Assembly: GCA_947041315.1 (NCBI GenBank)
Contig: CAMRDW010000001.1
Location: 840-64,839, forward strand
Direction of reading: 5' to 3'
DNA length: 64,000 nt
From: an uncultured Enterovibrio sp.
GTDB lineage: Bacteria > Pseudomonadota > Gammaproteobacteria > Enterobacterales > Vibrionaceae
Position 1 is the stretch's first letter, and each line of letters opens with the position of its first letter. Both the position numbers and the translations under genes were made by a program. The notes under the pieces are model-generated. The model searched no databases, was not told where the DNA came from, and worked only from the letters and a program-made list of their open reading frames with translations. Of this stretch, positions 1 through 8,879 are shown piece by piece.

Positions 1-98
1 GCTGCGGGTTAAGCGCATTCATCCCTGTAAGTCTCTCCCTCTTGCTGAGGGGGGACGCTTGCTTGTCGTCTACACGCAAGCTCAAAGGTATTGGGTAG
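1..98 (+). repeat. ERIC-like MITE, 3' part (cut by window edge, degenerate)
   Basis: Ends ...gcttgtcgtctacacgcaagctcaaaggtattgggtag, matching the 3' end of the better copies; a second 3'-end stub lies at 135-160. Confidence 0.6.
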
Positions 99-200
99 GA
101 TCTGTGTTCGGTTTTTTTCGTCCTTGTCGTTGACCTGCATCTTCAAATCGCTTGGGAATAGAAGGGTAAGACGCAGGGCATTTAGAAAAGACGAAATTAT

Positions 201-743
201 TTAGCATTTTTTGCACTTGTTTGCTTTTGGGGTAAAATCGATAAGATTTCCTTGTTTATCCAACTCATAGTCACAACATTTTTCAAATAATTTCTTTAAT
301 TCGGAACGTCCTTTTTGTACTTGGGATTTTAATGTGGAGTAACTGATCCCCATTTCATGGGCGTAAGCTTTTTGCGATTTACCCTCGAGTTCAATGGCGC
401 GCATTAAATCGGAGAGTGCTTCTGGTAATTCATTAAAAAAGGCTTCAATACATCGAGAAAGATCGGTTTTAACATCATACTTATTTTCGCTATACCACAC
501 CTTGTCAGGGTCTATTTCGATGAAATGTTTTTTCTTTCTATAAAAATCGATCGTGGTTCGATTTGCAATTTGAAAAAGCCAAGATTTAATGCTCTCTTCT
601 TTTTTAAGGGTATGAATATTATTGTGCGTTTTGATCAAGATCTCTTGAAGTAAATCGTCAACATCGACGGGATTAGAAATTTTTGAATATAAAAATGTTT
701 TTAAGCGACTGCGGTATGACGACCATATTTCTTCAAGTGTCAT
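201..743 (-). CDS. sigZ: ECF RNA polymerase sigma factor, SigZ-type
   Basis: Region 2 (DVDDLLQEILIKTH...WLFQIANRTTIDFYRKK), region 4 (STLKSQVQKGRSELKK), C-terminal CC/CxxC tail. Start set at ATG 743 with AAGGA RBS; the longer ORF begins inside an ERIC. Confidence 0.85.
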   Translation of the reverse strand: MTLEEIWSSYRSRLKTFLYSKISNPVDVDDLLQEILIKTHNNIHTLKKEESIKSWLFQIANRTTIDFYRKKKHFIEIDPDKVWYSENKYDVKTDLSRCIEAFFNELPEALSDLMRAIELEGKSQKAYAHEMGISYSTLKSQVQKGRSELKKLFEKCCDYELDKQGNLIDFTPKANKCKKC

Positions 744-817
744 GAGTGCGTTCCTTATAAGAGTGAATGAGATTCTAGAATCAGCGATTTCATTCAAATT
801 GACGATGAAGTTAAGTC

Positions 818-944
818 TATATCCGTCGCCTTTGAAACTGGGTGGGTGTTGCCTGCTCTCGTTCAAGCCCATCACAGAGTCGATTTATCCTCAGGGCCTT
901 CATTCGTTTGCCGTAGGCACGCATCTTCAAGTGTTTTGGGTATA
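818..944 (+). repeat. ERIC-like MITE, full length 127 bp
   Basis: TATATCCGTCGCCTTTGAA...CTTCAAGTGTTTTGGGTATA; TA ends and imperfect terminal inverted repeats. Confidence 0.9.
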
Positions 945-1349
945 TATCAGATGAAAACAGATTATTCTGTTTTCATTGATGCGTCTATCCCACAGGATTA
1001 AAGCCAAAAGACCCTTCTCCCACTTTTTCTGTAAAGGTTTTTTTGTTTTTTTGCATCCAACCATTTGGCGACGAAGCCGGTGTGGAATAATGAACAAAAG
1101 AAAGACAGAGACGGAATAAAGAAGGAGGAGTCGTCGTAGGAGGAGGGCGCAAGATAGAGAAAGAAAAGGCGGTTTGCGTCCGAAATTGAGAGGTGAAACG
1201 GCAGGTTTAAATTCGATGTTTAATGGGCGGTGTTTTTGCTTCGGTATTCTTGCATTCTTCTCACGTTTGAATTCATTTTTGTTTGAACTGGCATGGCAGT
1301 AGAAGGTCAGGAGGTCAGAGACCTCCGCTTATCCGATTACATGTGTTGA

Positions 1350-1661
1350 TTATTCGCTCTCATCACTGCTTGCAGATGCGTCATCTGGCGCCATGCTTGT
1401 TTCTTCTGTCATAAAGGTTTCTTCTGGGGTCAGGGTGACCTCTTCTGCGACAAGGGTTCCATCAGGTTCCATGGCGCCTTCTTCTGCGATAAATGTTTCT
1501 TCTGGAGTCAGGTTGATCTCTTCATCGACAAAGGTCTCATCCGTGGCAAGAGTGCATTCGCTTTCGTTGCTGACTGAAGAGCCGTCAGGGCACATGGTTT
1601 GAGCAAAGGACAGTGGAGAAAGAAAAACCGTTATTGCTGCAATGAGTATCGAAATTTTCAT
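1350..1661 (-). CDS. Secreted, highly acidic protein with ~13-aa repeats, function unknown
   Basis: GGAGG RBS, 20-aa signal peptide MKISILIAAITVFLSPLSFA, then CPDGS...C and repeats xLTPEETFxxEE. Confidence 0.75.
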   Translation of the reverse strand: MKISILIAAITVFLSPLSFAQTMCPDGSSVSNESECTLATDETFVDEEINLTPEETFIAEEGAMEPDGTLVAEEVTLTPEETFMTEETSMAPDDASASSDESE

Positions 1662-2062
1662 ATTTGCCTCCTTAGGCATTGACGCCTTGCTAAGAGGCGT
1701 ATCACTGTTGGCTAAAAGGATTTGGAACGAACGACAGCCAACGATTAGACGTCCGTTTAAGTCACTTTTGAGCACTTTAAAGGTCCATTATGGAAAGACG
1801 TTTGAGGTGCTTTTTGTTGTGGTTTTGTTGGAAAGAGACTTTTGTTTTTTTAAGAGTATGTCGATTCTTCACGCTGTCAACCTGCCTAAGGAGACTTCTT
1901 AGATTGCAGTAAAAATCGACACACTTGATATATAAAAGAGAGTCCGTTTCTTTTAAGCTTCGAATTTTTAAAGGATCAAGCAAAGTGCTCATTTTAGATA
2001 AAAAAAGGTGCATTTTAGATAAATAAGAGAAGCAGACAATGTGTCTTGAATGAGGTTTTTTT

Positions 2063-2122
2063 TATGCCGAAGTGGCTCATTTGCTTGCCGCTTAGACGTA
2101 TTTTTTAAATAAAAGGGGTATA
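2063..2122 (+). repeat. ERIC-like MITE, 3' half
   Basis: tatgccgaagtggctcatttgcttgccgcttagacgt...ggggtata aligns with the 3' half of full copies. Confidence 0.65.
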
Positions 2123-2401
2123 CGGGGCCTGTTTGATTTGATTAGATTCCATCTAAAATGACATGCGAAAAAGGACTGTCCGCGTTTAGAATAAAGACGC
2201 GAGCGAGTTTATATCCATTCCAGTAAGCACTTAAGCAGACATTGCGCTGAAAAAATCATTGAAAACCAGGCTGGAATTTTTGATCACGCGTTATTTTAAT
2301 TGAGAAATTCAGATAATCTTATCGGTTATTTTAACAAGCAAGAATGAAAAAATATTTACTGGAATGGGTATTACATCAACAAAAAAATGAGATTCTTACT
2401 T

Positions 2402-2950
2402 ATGGATGCCTTGACATTGTTAACACAGCGCCGCTCTATGGCGCGCTTGATCTTTCCGGGTCCTGATGAGGCGGTGTTAGATCAGATTTTACGGGCTGGA
2501 ATGCGTGCTCCGGATCACGGCGCGTTAAGACCTTGGGAATTTGTGGTCGCGCAAGGGGCTGGGCTGGATAAGCTTTCTTCTCTTTTTGAAGAGGCCGCGA
2601 TAACAGATAAAGAACCTATTCAATCCATTGCACGGGCCGCAAAAGCCCCTTACCGCGCCCCCTTGATTATCTTGGTCATTGCACGAACGAAACCGCATGA
2701 GAAAGTGCCGTGCATTGAGCAAGTGATCAGTGCGGGCTGTGCGGTACAGGCCATGCAAATGGCGGCGGTGGCTCAAGGATTTCAAGGAATATGGCGTACT
2801 GGGAAATGGGCTTATCATTCTTTGGTTCGGGATGCTTTTCATTTAAAGTCTGAAGATGCAATTGTTGGTTTTTTGTATATTGGAACCCCTGAATGCCCAA
2901 TAAGCCCTCCTTTGGAAGGCGATATAAAACAATATGTAAAACATCTTTAA
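2402..2950 (+). CDS. ydjA: NAD(P)H nitroreductase, YdjA family
   Basis: MDAL..L.QRRS, RAPDHGALRPWEF, GIWRTG motifs; upstream of topB as in enterobacteria. Confidence 0.9.
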   Translation: MDALTLLTQRRSMARLIFPGPDEAVLDQILRAGMRAPDHGALRPWEFVVAQGAGLDKLSSLFEEAAITDKEPIQSIARAAKAPYRAPLIILVIARTKPHEKVPCIEQVISAGCAVQAMQMAAVAQGFQGIWRTGKWAYHSLVRDAFHLKSEDAIVGFLYIGTPECPISPPLEGDIKQYVKHL

Positions 2951-2986
2951 TCTATCGACGCCCCTGTAAAAGGAAGCCCTCCCTTT

Positions 2987-3113
2987 TATATCCCTGTCGC
3001 CTTTGAGGGGGCGGCTTTTTGGTGCGTTCTCAACGCTCAATCACTGAGTTAATCTGTGCGCTGGGGGTTTATTTTCTTGTCGCGGGCGTCTGTCTTCAAT
3101 TCCTTTGGGTATA
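2987..3113 (+). repeat. ERIC-like MITE, 127 bp, diverged
   Basis: TATATCCCTGTCGCCTTTGAG...AATTCCTTTGGGTATA. Confidence 0.8.
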
Positions 3114-3213
3114 ACAAGGTCCTTTTTCATCCGGGATAAATAGCCTGTTAATTCTTGTGTTGGCTATATAATTTCGATAAATTGTTCTTGATAATTTTAA
3201 TGTTTGGCAATTT

Positions 3214-5163
3214 ATGGCACTTCTTTTTGTTGCAGAAAAACCCAGTTTAGGGCGCGCTATTTTGGCCGCTTTACCAAAACCGCATAAAAACCATGAAGGG
3301 TATTGTGAAGCGGGTAATGGCGATATCGTCACTTGGTGCATCGGACATTTGTTGGAGCAGGCGGCTCCAGAAGTGTATGATGAGAAATACAAAAAATGGC
3401 GCAAAGAAGATCTGCCTATTGTGCCTGAAAAATGGATATTAATTCCTCGAAAATCCGTTTCAAAACAACTTTCCGTCCTAAAAGCCCTTCTTAAAAAAGC
3501 AGAACACATTGTTCATGCCGGTGATCCCGATAGAGAAGGGCAATTGCTGGTGGATGAGGTGTTTGAATATGCCAAGTTACCTTTGCGAAAAAAACACGCC
3601 ATTCAACGTCTTTTAATCAGTGATCTTAATTTACACGCAGTGCAAAAAGCGTTAACGAAGTTGCAGAGCAATTTAGATTTTATTCCGCTTTCTGTTTCTG
3701 CTTTGGGCCGAGCGCGGGCGGATTGGCTTTATGGTATTAATATGACCCGTTTATGTACCCTTCAAGGTCAAAAAATGGGGTACAACGGGGTGCTTTCCAT
3801 TGGGCGTGTTCAAACCCCTGTTTTAGGCTTGGTCGTATTTCGCGATTTGGAAATTGAACATTTTGTCTCTAAGCCCTTTTATGAAGTGATCGCAAAAATT
3901 AAAACCCAAAATGATGAAGTGTACGAAGGCAAATGGAAACCCAGTGCGGCCTGTGAGCCTTATATGGATGAAGATAAGCGCGTTTTATCTAAAGCCTTGG
4001 CTGAAAATGTGATTGGACGCATTTTAGGAAAAAAAGGCCAGGTCTCTTTGGTAAAAGAAAACAAAAAAAAACAGGCTCCTCCTTTACCTTATAGCTTGTC
4101 GGCTTTGCAAATTGACGCATCAAAGCGCTTTGGAATGAGTGCGCAGACTGTGCTTGACACCTGCCAGCAACTTTATGAACGCCATAAATTGATCACTTAT
4201 CCTCGTTCTGACTCGCGTTATTTACCAAAAGAGCAGCTGCATGATGCTAACAAGGTCACTCAGGCCATCAGCTCCTCATCTGCTCAGTTAAAAGAGGCGG
4301 TTGAAAAAGCCAATTTAACCTTGAAAAGTAAAGCGTGGAATGATGCAAAAGTGAGCGCGCACCATGCCATTATTCCAACGTCAAAATCGTTAAACACCCA
4401 CTCCTTGTCTTCTTTAGAAGCCCATATTTATGAATTGGTGGCCCGTCAGTATTTAATGCAGTTTTATCCTGATTTTGAATTTATGGAAAAAGAAATTAAT
4501 ACTGACATTTCAGGAGGCTTATTTATATCAAAGCAAAAAGAAGTGCGCTTTGACGGTTGGAAGGCTTTGCTGGGTCCAAAAACGACGTCAATGAAAAGTA
4601 AGGATAAAAAAGATTTAGAAGATGAAGGCTTTAGCAAAATAAAATTGCCCAATGTGCAGCAAGGAGATGAGGTCGATTGCATTGATGCACAACTTCTAGA
4701 AAAACAAACAAGCCCTCCCAAATATTTAACGGATGCTTCGTTGCTCTCGTCGATGACGGGGATTGCACGTTCCGTAAAAGATCCTGCGATAAAAAAGGTG
4801 TTAAGAGAAACAGACGGATTAGGCACTGAAGCGACGCGAGCGGGGATCATTGAACTTCTTTTTAAGCGCCAATATTTAGAGCGAAAAGGAAAAGAAATCA
4901 GAGCGACTGCGATAGGACGAGAATTGATCACCGCGTTACCTCAGCAAATGGTGATCCCTGATATGACCGCGCATTGGGAATCGCAGCTCACCGCAATAAG
5001 CAAGAAAGAAACCAAATATAACGATTTCATGCGCCCATTAACTCAAAATATTTTTCAATGGGTTGAAGAGGTACAGAAGGTGAATTTTAAGGGATTGCAA
5101 GGGAAAGGCGTTGAAAAAGTCCCCTATAAAAAAACCGCAAAACGCAAAACAAAACGTTCTTAA
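3214..5163 (+). CDS. topB: DNA topoisomerase III
   Basis: TOPRIM AEKPS and GDPDREG, active-site LITYPRSD, GLGTEATRAGII. Confidence 0.95.
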   Translation: MALLFVAEKPSLGRAILAALPKPHKNHEGYCEAGNGDIVTWCIGHLLEQAAPEVYDEKYKKWRKEDLPIVPEKWILIPRKSVSKQLSVLKALLKKAEHIVHAGDPDREGQLLVDEVFEYAKLPLRKKHAIQRLLISDLNLHAVQKALTKLQSNLDFIPLSVSALGRARADWLYGINMTRLCTLQGQKMGYNGVLSIGRVQTPVLGLVVFRDLEIEHFVSKPFYEVIAKIKTQNDEVYEGKWKPSAACEPYMDEDKRVLSKALAENVIGRILGKKGQVSLVKENKKKQAPPLPYSLSALQIDASKRFGMSAQTVLDTCQQLYERHKLITYPRSDSRYLPKEQLHDANKVTQAISSSSAQLKEAVEKANLTLKSKAWNDAKVSAHHAIIPTSKSLNTHSLSSLEAHIYELVARQYLMQFYPDFEFMEKEINTDISGGLFISKQKEVRFDGWKALLGPKTTSMKSKDKKDLEDEGFSKIKLPNVQQGDEVDCIDAQLLEKQTSPPKYLTDASLLSSMTGIARSVKDPAIKKVLRETDGLGTEATRAGIIELLFKRQYLERKGKEIRATAIGRELITALPQQMVIPDMTAHWESQLTAISKKETKYNDFMRPLTQNIFQWVEEVQKVNFKGLQGKGVEKVPYKKTAKRKTKRS

Positions 5164-5165
5164 GG

Positions 5166-5189
5166 AAAAAAAGGGGGGCTTCCCCCTTT
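5166..5189. terminator. Probable bidirectional intrinsic terminator between topB and the GGDEF gene
   Basis: AAAAAAAGGGGGG-CTT-CCCCCTTT hairpin between convergent genes. Confidence 0.6.
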
Positions 5190-5217
5190 ATGAAATCAAA
5201 AAGCCTCTTAACGCCGG

Positions 5218-6810
5218 TTATTCGAAGACAAAGACTTGGTTCTTTCCTTTGTTTTTTGCTTTATACAAGGCGGTGTCTGCATCTTCAAAAAGTTGTTGCG
5301 ATCCATTTATTTCTAACGGAATTGTCGTTTTTCCACCCACGCTGATGGTTACATTTTTTTCAATCGGAGAGCCGTCATGTGCAATCGCGAGATCGGCGAC
5401 GGCTTTGAGTGCGCGTTTGGCCACAATTTGTGCCCCCTCTTTATCACAATTGGGTAAAAGAAACACGAACTCTTCCCCTCCAAATCGTGCAAGTAAGGCG
5501 CCAGCACGGCGTTCAACTCGGCTCAGGGCGCTTGCTACTTTTATTAAGCATTGATCTCCTGCGCTGTGCCCATAAGTATCATTAAATTCTTTGAAGTGAT
5601 CGATGTCGACAATCAGCAAAGAGATGTTGGTTTTAAACCGTAAAGCACGGCGCCACTCTTCGTCGAGTTTCTCGTCGAGCATTCTTCTGTTTGGAACATG
5701 GGTGAGGCTGTCTTCTTTTGAAATCAGGGTTAAACGTCGATTTATTTTCTCTAGCTCTTCGGTGCGCTCTGTGACTCTCTGTTCTAAATACATATTGAGA
5801 TTGATGAGGCTGTCTTGAGCACGAAATTGAATTAAGTGCTGAGACATGATGATCCCCAGTAATTTTAAAACTTCAATGTGATAACTTTTGATGGGGTGGC
5901 TTGTTATTAGATTGTCGCAAGCAATCCAGCCAATGGGTTGATTCCCCTCCCAAAGCGAAATGGTGGCATTCCAGCCTCTCCCGACTTCGATGTTGTTTTG
6001 ATATAAGGGCGTATCATGATAAATGGCGATGTGCTTGCCTTTATCTAACGTCTCTTTTGCATGAGCGTGTTGTTCTATGTAGGTGCTGTACCATTTTTCA
6101 TTTTGGACTGTGCCGTGGATATCGGTGCCGTAGGTTCCTTGAATTAACCCGTTGTGATCTTTATATAAAAAGACAGCTATACGATCAATTTCAAGCGTAT
6201 GAATGCATTCATAAACGGCGGTGTGAAGCATTTTATCTATCGAGGTGGCACTCCATAATTTTAAAGAAATATCATGGAGAATATGGAGCTGTTCCAGCAA
6301 GCGTTTTTGAGCGTCTATTTCTTGGTTTAAACGTTTTCTTGTGTGTTCGTGGGCCCGTTTTTCTTTTTTGTTTGCTTTGAGCATTAAAAGTGGGTGTAAT
6401 TTTCCACTCAAAAGATGCGACAGCATTTTGATGGCCTCTTCATCTACAAAGATTGGATCATCAAAAGACAGAAAAAGACAGGCAAATTCTTCTTCCAGCG
6501 CGTAAAGGGGCAGAGTCAATTGGGTGGCGTCTTTATTCTGTTCTGTGCTTTGTTCAAAATGGCCGTTTTTCAGTAATTCAGTGTATTTTTTTTCGAGAAA
6601 AAGAGGGGGGGAATGAACTTGAATTTCATTTTGATACAGGGAACTCCATTGATTCCACTTGTCTTTTTCTTTTATTAAAATAACCCCGTCAAGAGGTGGT
6701 CCGTTCTTTGAAAGAACCTTCCAAAAGACCAAAAAAAAAGTGTAAAAATCTTTTGAGGCTGAAATCGCATCAGAAAGCTTTAGACAAAAGGAATGATCCA
6801 GAGCACGCAT
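5218..6810 (-). CDS. Diguanylate cyclase with GAF-like domain, coiled coil and GGDEF domain
   Basis: DSLTHVPNRR, DIDHFKEFNDTYGH, RFGGEEF, ADTALYKAKNKGKN. Start set at ATG 6810 with AAGGGA RBS; longer ORF begins in an ERIC. Confidence 0.9.
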   Translation of the reverse strand: MRALDHSFCLKLSDAISASKDFYTFFLVFWKVLSKNGPPLDGVILIKEKDKWNQWSSLYQNEIQVHSPPLFLEKKYTELLKNGHFEQSTEQNKDATQLTLPLYALEEEFACLFLSFDDPIFVDEEAIKMLSHLLSGKLHPLLMLKANKKEKRAHEHTRKRLNQEIDAQKRLLEQLHILHDISLKLWSATSIDKMLHTAVYECIHTLEIDRIAVFLYKDHNGLIQGTYGTDIHGTVQNEKWYSTYIEQHAHAKETLDKGKHIAIYHDTPLYQNNIEVGRGWNATISLWEGNQPIGWIACDNLITSHPIKSYHIEVLKLLGIIMSQHLIQFRAQDSLINLNMYLEQRVTERTEELEKINRRLTLISKEDSLTHVPNRRMLDEKLDEEWRRALRFKTNISLLIVDIDHFKEFNDTYGHSAGDQCLIKVASALSRVERRAGALLARFGGEEFVFLLPNCDKEGAQIVAKRALKAVADLAIAHDGSPIEKNVTISVGGKTTIPLEINGSQQLFEDADTALYKAKNKGKNQVFVFE

Positions 6811-6831
6811 TATCAATGATCCCTTGATTGA

Positions 6832-6960
6832 TATACCGGTTGTTTTTGAGATGAAGTGGGTCTTTTGGCCGTCCTTGTTCAACCCAATCACATAGTGCAC
6901 CTATGCTCAAGGGTTTCACTCACTTGCCGCCGAGACGCAACTTCAAGTGTCTTGGGTATT
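6832..6960 (+). repeat. ERIC-like MITE, near full length
   Basis: TATACCGGTTG...CACTTGCCGCC...CTTCAAGTGTCTTGGGTATT. Confidence 0.85.
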
Positions 6961-7096
6961 GAGGGGTAAAAAGAGTACCCAAAAAAGTATGAGATAAATT
7001 ATGACAGCTATTGATTTTGAATTTTGCGTAAAAGGTTTCAATTTCGAGAGACATCACAGGCGCTAAAGGCGGGACTTAATGAGGAGGGGGCATTCT

Positions 7097-7140
7097 TATT
7101 CCCCTCGCTTTTGAAGATGAGGGGAGCTTGTGTTGGCTCT
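7097..7140 (+). repeat. ERIC-like MITE, 5' fragment
   Basis: tattcccctcgcttttgaagatg...tgttggct matches the 5' end of full copies. Confidence 0.5.
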
Positions 7141-7173
7141 TTTTGTTTGATGAGCCTGTTCCTTTTTTTCACA

Positions 7174-7806
7174 TTAGACGACGTTAAACCTTAATACCGT
7201 TTTAAGCTTTTCAGGGGCTATCTTTCGAGCATCTGACAGGTATATTTCTCTGTGTATTTTTGAAACGCGCGTCATTCCTTTTTCTCTTGCATAGTCTTCC
7301 ATTTTTTCAAAAGTACGGGGTTCATCTTCATATCGGCCTAAATGCAACATTTGTACACATTTTCCTTCTGAAATGGTTTTAAATTCAACTTGTTCCAGCA
7401 AAGGATTCGGTTTTTTTTTCTTAAGATTGTCCAATATCTCTACATACAATGCCTTGTTAACAAAATCGGGTTGTCGGATCATTAACTCATAAACAAAGTC
7501 TTGTTTATTGACTGCCCCATTAAATATTTTTTTTGCTTCTTCGTTGATATCCCAAAGACCTTCTAATGGATAAACGGTGAAATCAAAATAATTTTCTGGT
7601 TTTTTCTCCATGCGTTTTGGTTGCATTTTGATCCCATAGGCAATGGAATACAAGGTTCCAACAATGTCTGAAAACACCTTTTCAGCTGGACTCCCTTCGC
7701 CACGCAAAGTGATGAATTTAAACCTTGGTACATCAATACATTGCGGCTTACTTTTAGGAAGATATAAGGTTTTTTCCCTTTTTCTCCATTCGTATTTATC
7801 TGACAT
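7174..7806 (-). CDS. GyrI-like small-molecule-binding domain protein
   Basis: LYSIAYGIKM, VYPLEGLW, MIRQPDFV, GKCVQMLHLGRYEDEP, HREIYLSD, LKTVLR are typical of stand-alone GyrI-like proteins. Confidence 0.85.
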   Translation of the reverse strand: MSDKYEWRKREKTLYLPKSKPQCIDVPRFKFITLRGEGSPAEKVFSDIVGTLYSIAYGIKMQPKRMEKKPENYFDFTVYPLEGLWDINEEAKKIFNGAVNKQDFVYELMIRQPDFVNKALYVEILDNLKKKKPNPLLEQVEFKTISEGKCVQMLHLGRYEDEPRTFEKMEDYAREKGMTRVSKIHREIYLSDARKIAPEKLKTVLRFNVV

Positions 7807-7837
7807 ATTCTTCTTTCCTCGATCCGGATTAAAGTCT

Positions 7838-7948
7838 TATAGCCAAGACGCTTGACGTTGCGCGCCTGCGGCAAGCGCGTGCACCCTCTAAGTATGGATA
7901 GACTCTGGGGCGTAGGTCATACCCACTCGCTTCGAAGGCGAGGGGGGA
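7838..7948 (-). repeat. ERIC-like MITE, reverse orientation, degenerate
   Basis: tatagccaagacgcttgacgttgcg...gcggcaag...cttcgaaggcgagggg. Confidence 0.7.
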
Positions 7949-7999
7949 GAAAATAAAGAGACCCGACCGGGCAAGTGTAAATTTGCTGTTTTAAATAGG

Positions 8000-8578
8000 T
8001 TATTTGGAACAAATCGCGGTGACTTGGCAGCGTTTTCCTGTTGATTTTGATGATTTATCAAATGAAATTCTTAGTTTTCGCAAGGACGCGGTGAGTGCGA
8101 ATGATAAATTGACATTTTCGATGACAAAGCAGCCTTTCGATTCACATCTTTTATCAAAGCCAATATGTTCATCTCCGTGAGCACCTATGCCATAGCTATC
8201 AATCACAATAAAAAGAGGTGAATTTAAAAGAAGAACATCAAGAACATCACTTTGAAGAGCGGTATTCCTGCTGGCATATTCAGGGGTGCCATATTCATTT
8301 TTCTCACTGTTTCCAGTAAAAAGAATAATGGCTTTTCCTGAAATATCCAGAGAGTCAAAATCATTCACTGAAGGCATTTTTTCGGTGCAGTTTATTGTGA
8401 CGGCCTCCACTTCGTAATCGGCTTTTTCCGGTTCGGCTTCATAACAATCAATGTGCGTGCCAATATGTCCAAAAGCACTGACTGCGTCAGATTGACGTTT
8501 TGCCCATTCATAGGCAGAGTGCCCCTCTTCAACAACAAGGCTTATATTTTCTTCATACATAGGTTGGATCTCTTTCAT
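8000..8578 (-). CDS. Cyclase family (kynurenine-formamidase-like) metal hydrolase, short form
   Basis: GHIGTHID motif, LFTG, IDSYG, FVIENV. Confidence 0.75.
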   Translation of the reverse strand: MKEIQPMYEENISLVVEEGHSAYEWAKRQSDAVSAFGHIGTHIDCYEAEPEKADYEVEAVTINCTEKMPSVNDFDSLDISGKAIILFTGNSEKNEYGTPEYASRNTALQSDVLDVLLLNSPLFIVIDSYGIGAHGDEHIGFDKRCESKGCFVIENVNLSFALTASLRKLRISFDKSSKSTGKRCQVTAICSK

Positions 8579-8591
8579 GTATTTAACTGAA

Positions 8592-8714
8592 TATACCCGT
8601 CGCCTTTGACGTTGCGTGCTGGCGGCGCCCTCTCACCCCAATCACACACTACCTCTATGCTCAGGGGCTTCGTTCGCTTGCTGCCTACACGCATCTTCAA
8701 GTGTCTTGGGTATA
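8592..8714 (+). repeat. ERIC-like MITE, 123 bp
   Basis: TATACCCGTCGCCTTTGAC...CTTCAAGTGTCTTGGGTATA. Confidence 0.9.
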
Positions 8715-8879
8715 AAAACGCTGAAACTCAAAGCGTCCTGCTGAACCGTTACTTTAAATCAAGATTGAAAGGAAAACTTTTCAGGTCGCGCAAGAGGCGG
8801 GCACAAAGATGATAAAAAAACAAAGCCTCCACTGCAAGAGGCTGGCAAGGTTGCGGTTCTGGAGGCGAGACACCTTTGG

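Noticed and set aside
1080-1200. Purine-rich tract with several GGA motifs (CsrB-like sRNA or hidden ORF)
   Set aside because: GGA motifs are few and not in repeated hairpin loops; no ORF with start and RBS
8790-8870. CAAAGCCTCC...GGAGGC hairpin resembling part of a c-di-GMP-I riboswitch
   Set aside because: The GNRA tetraloop helix, the GGACG segment and the P1 helix are missing, and no gene lies downstream on that strand
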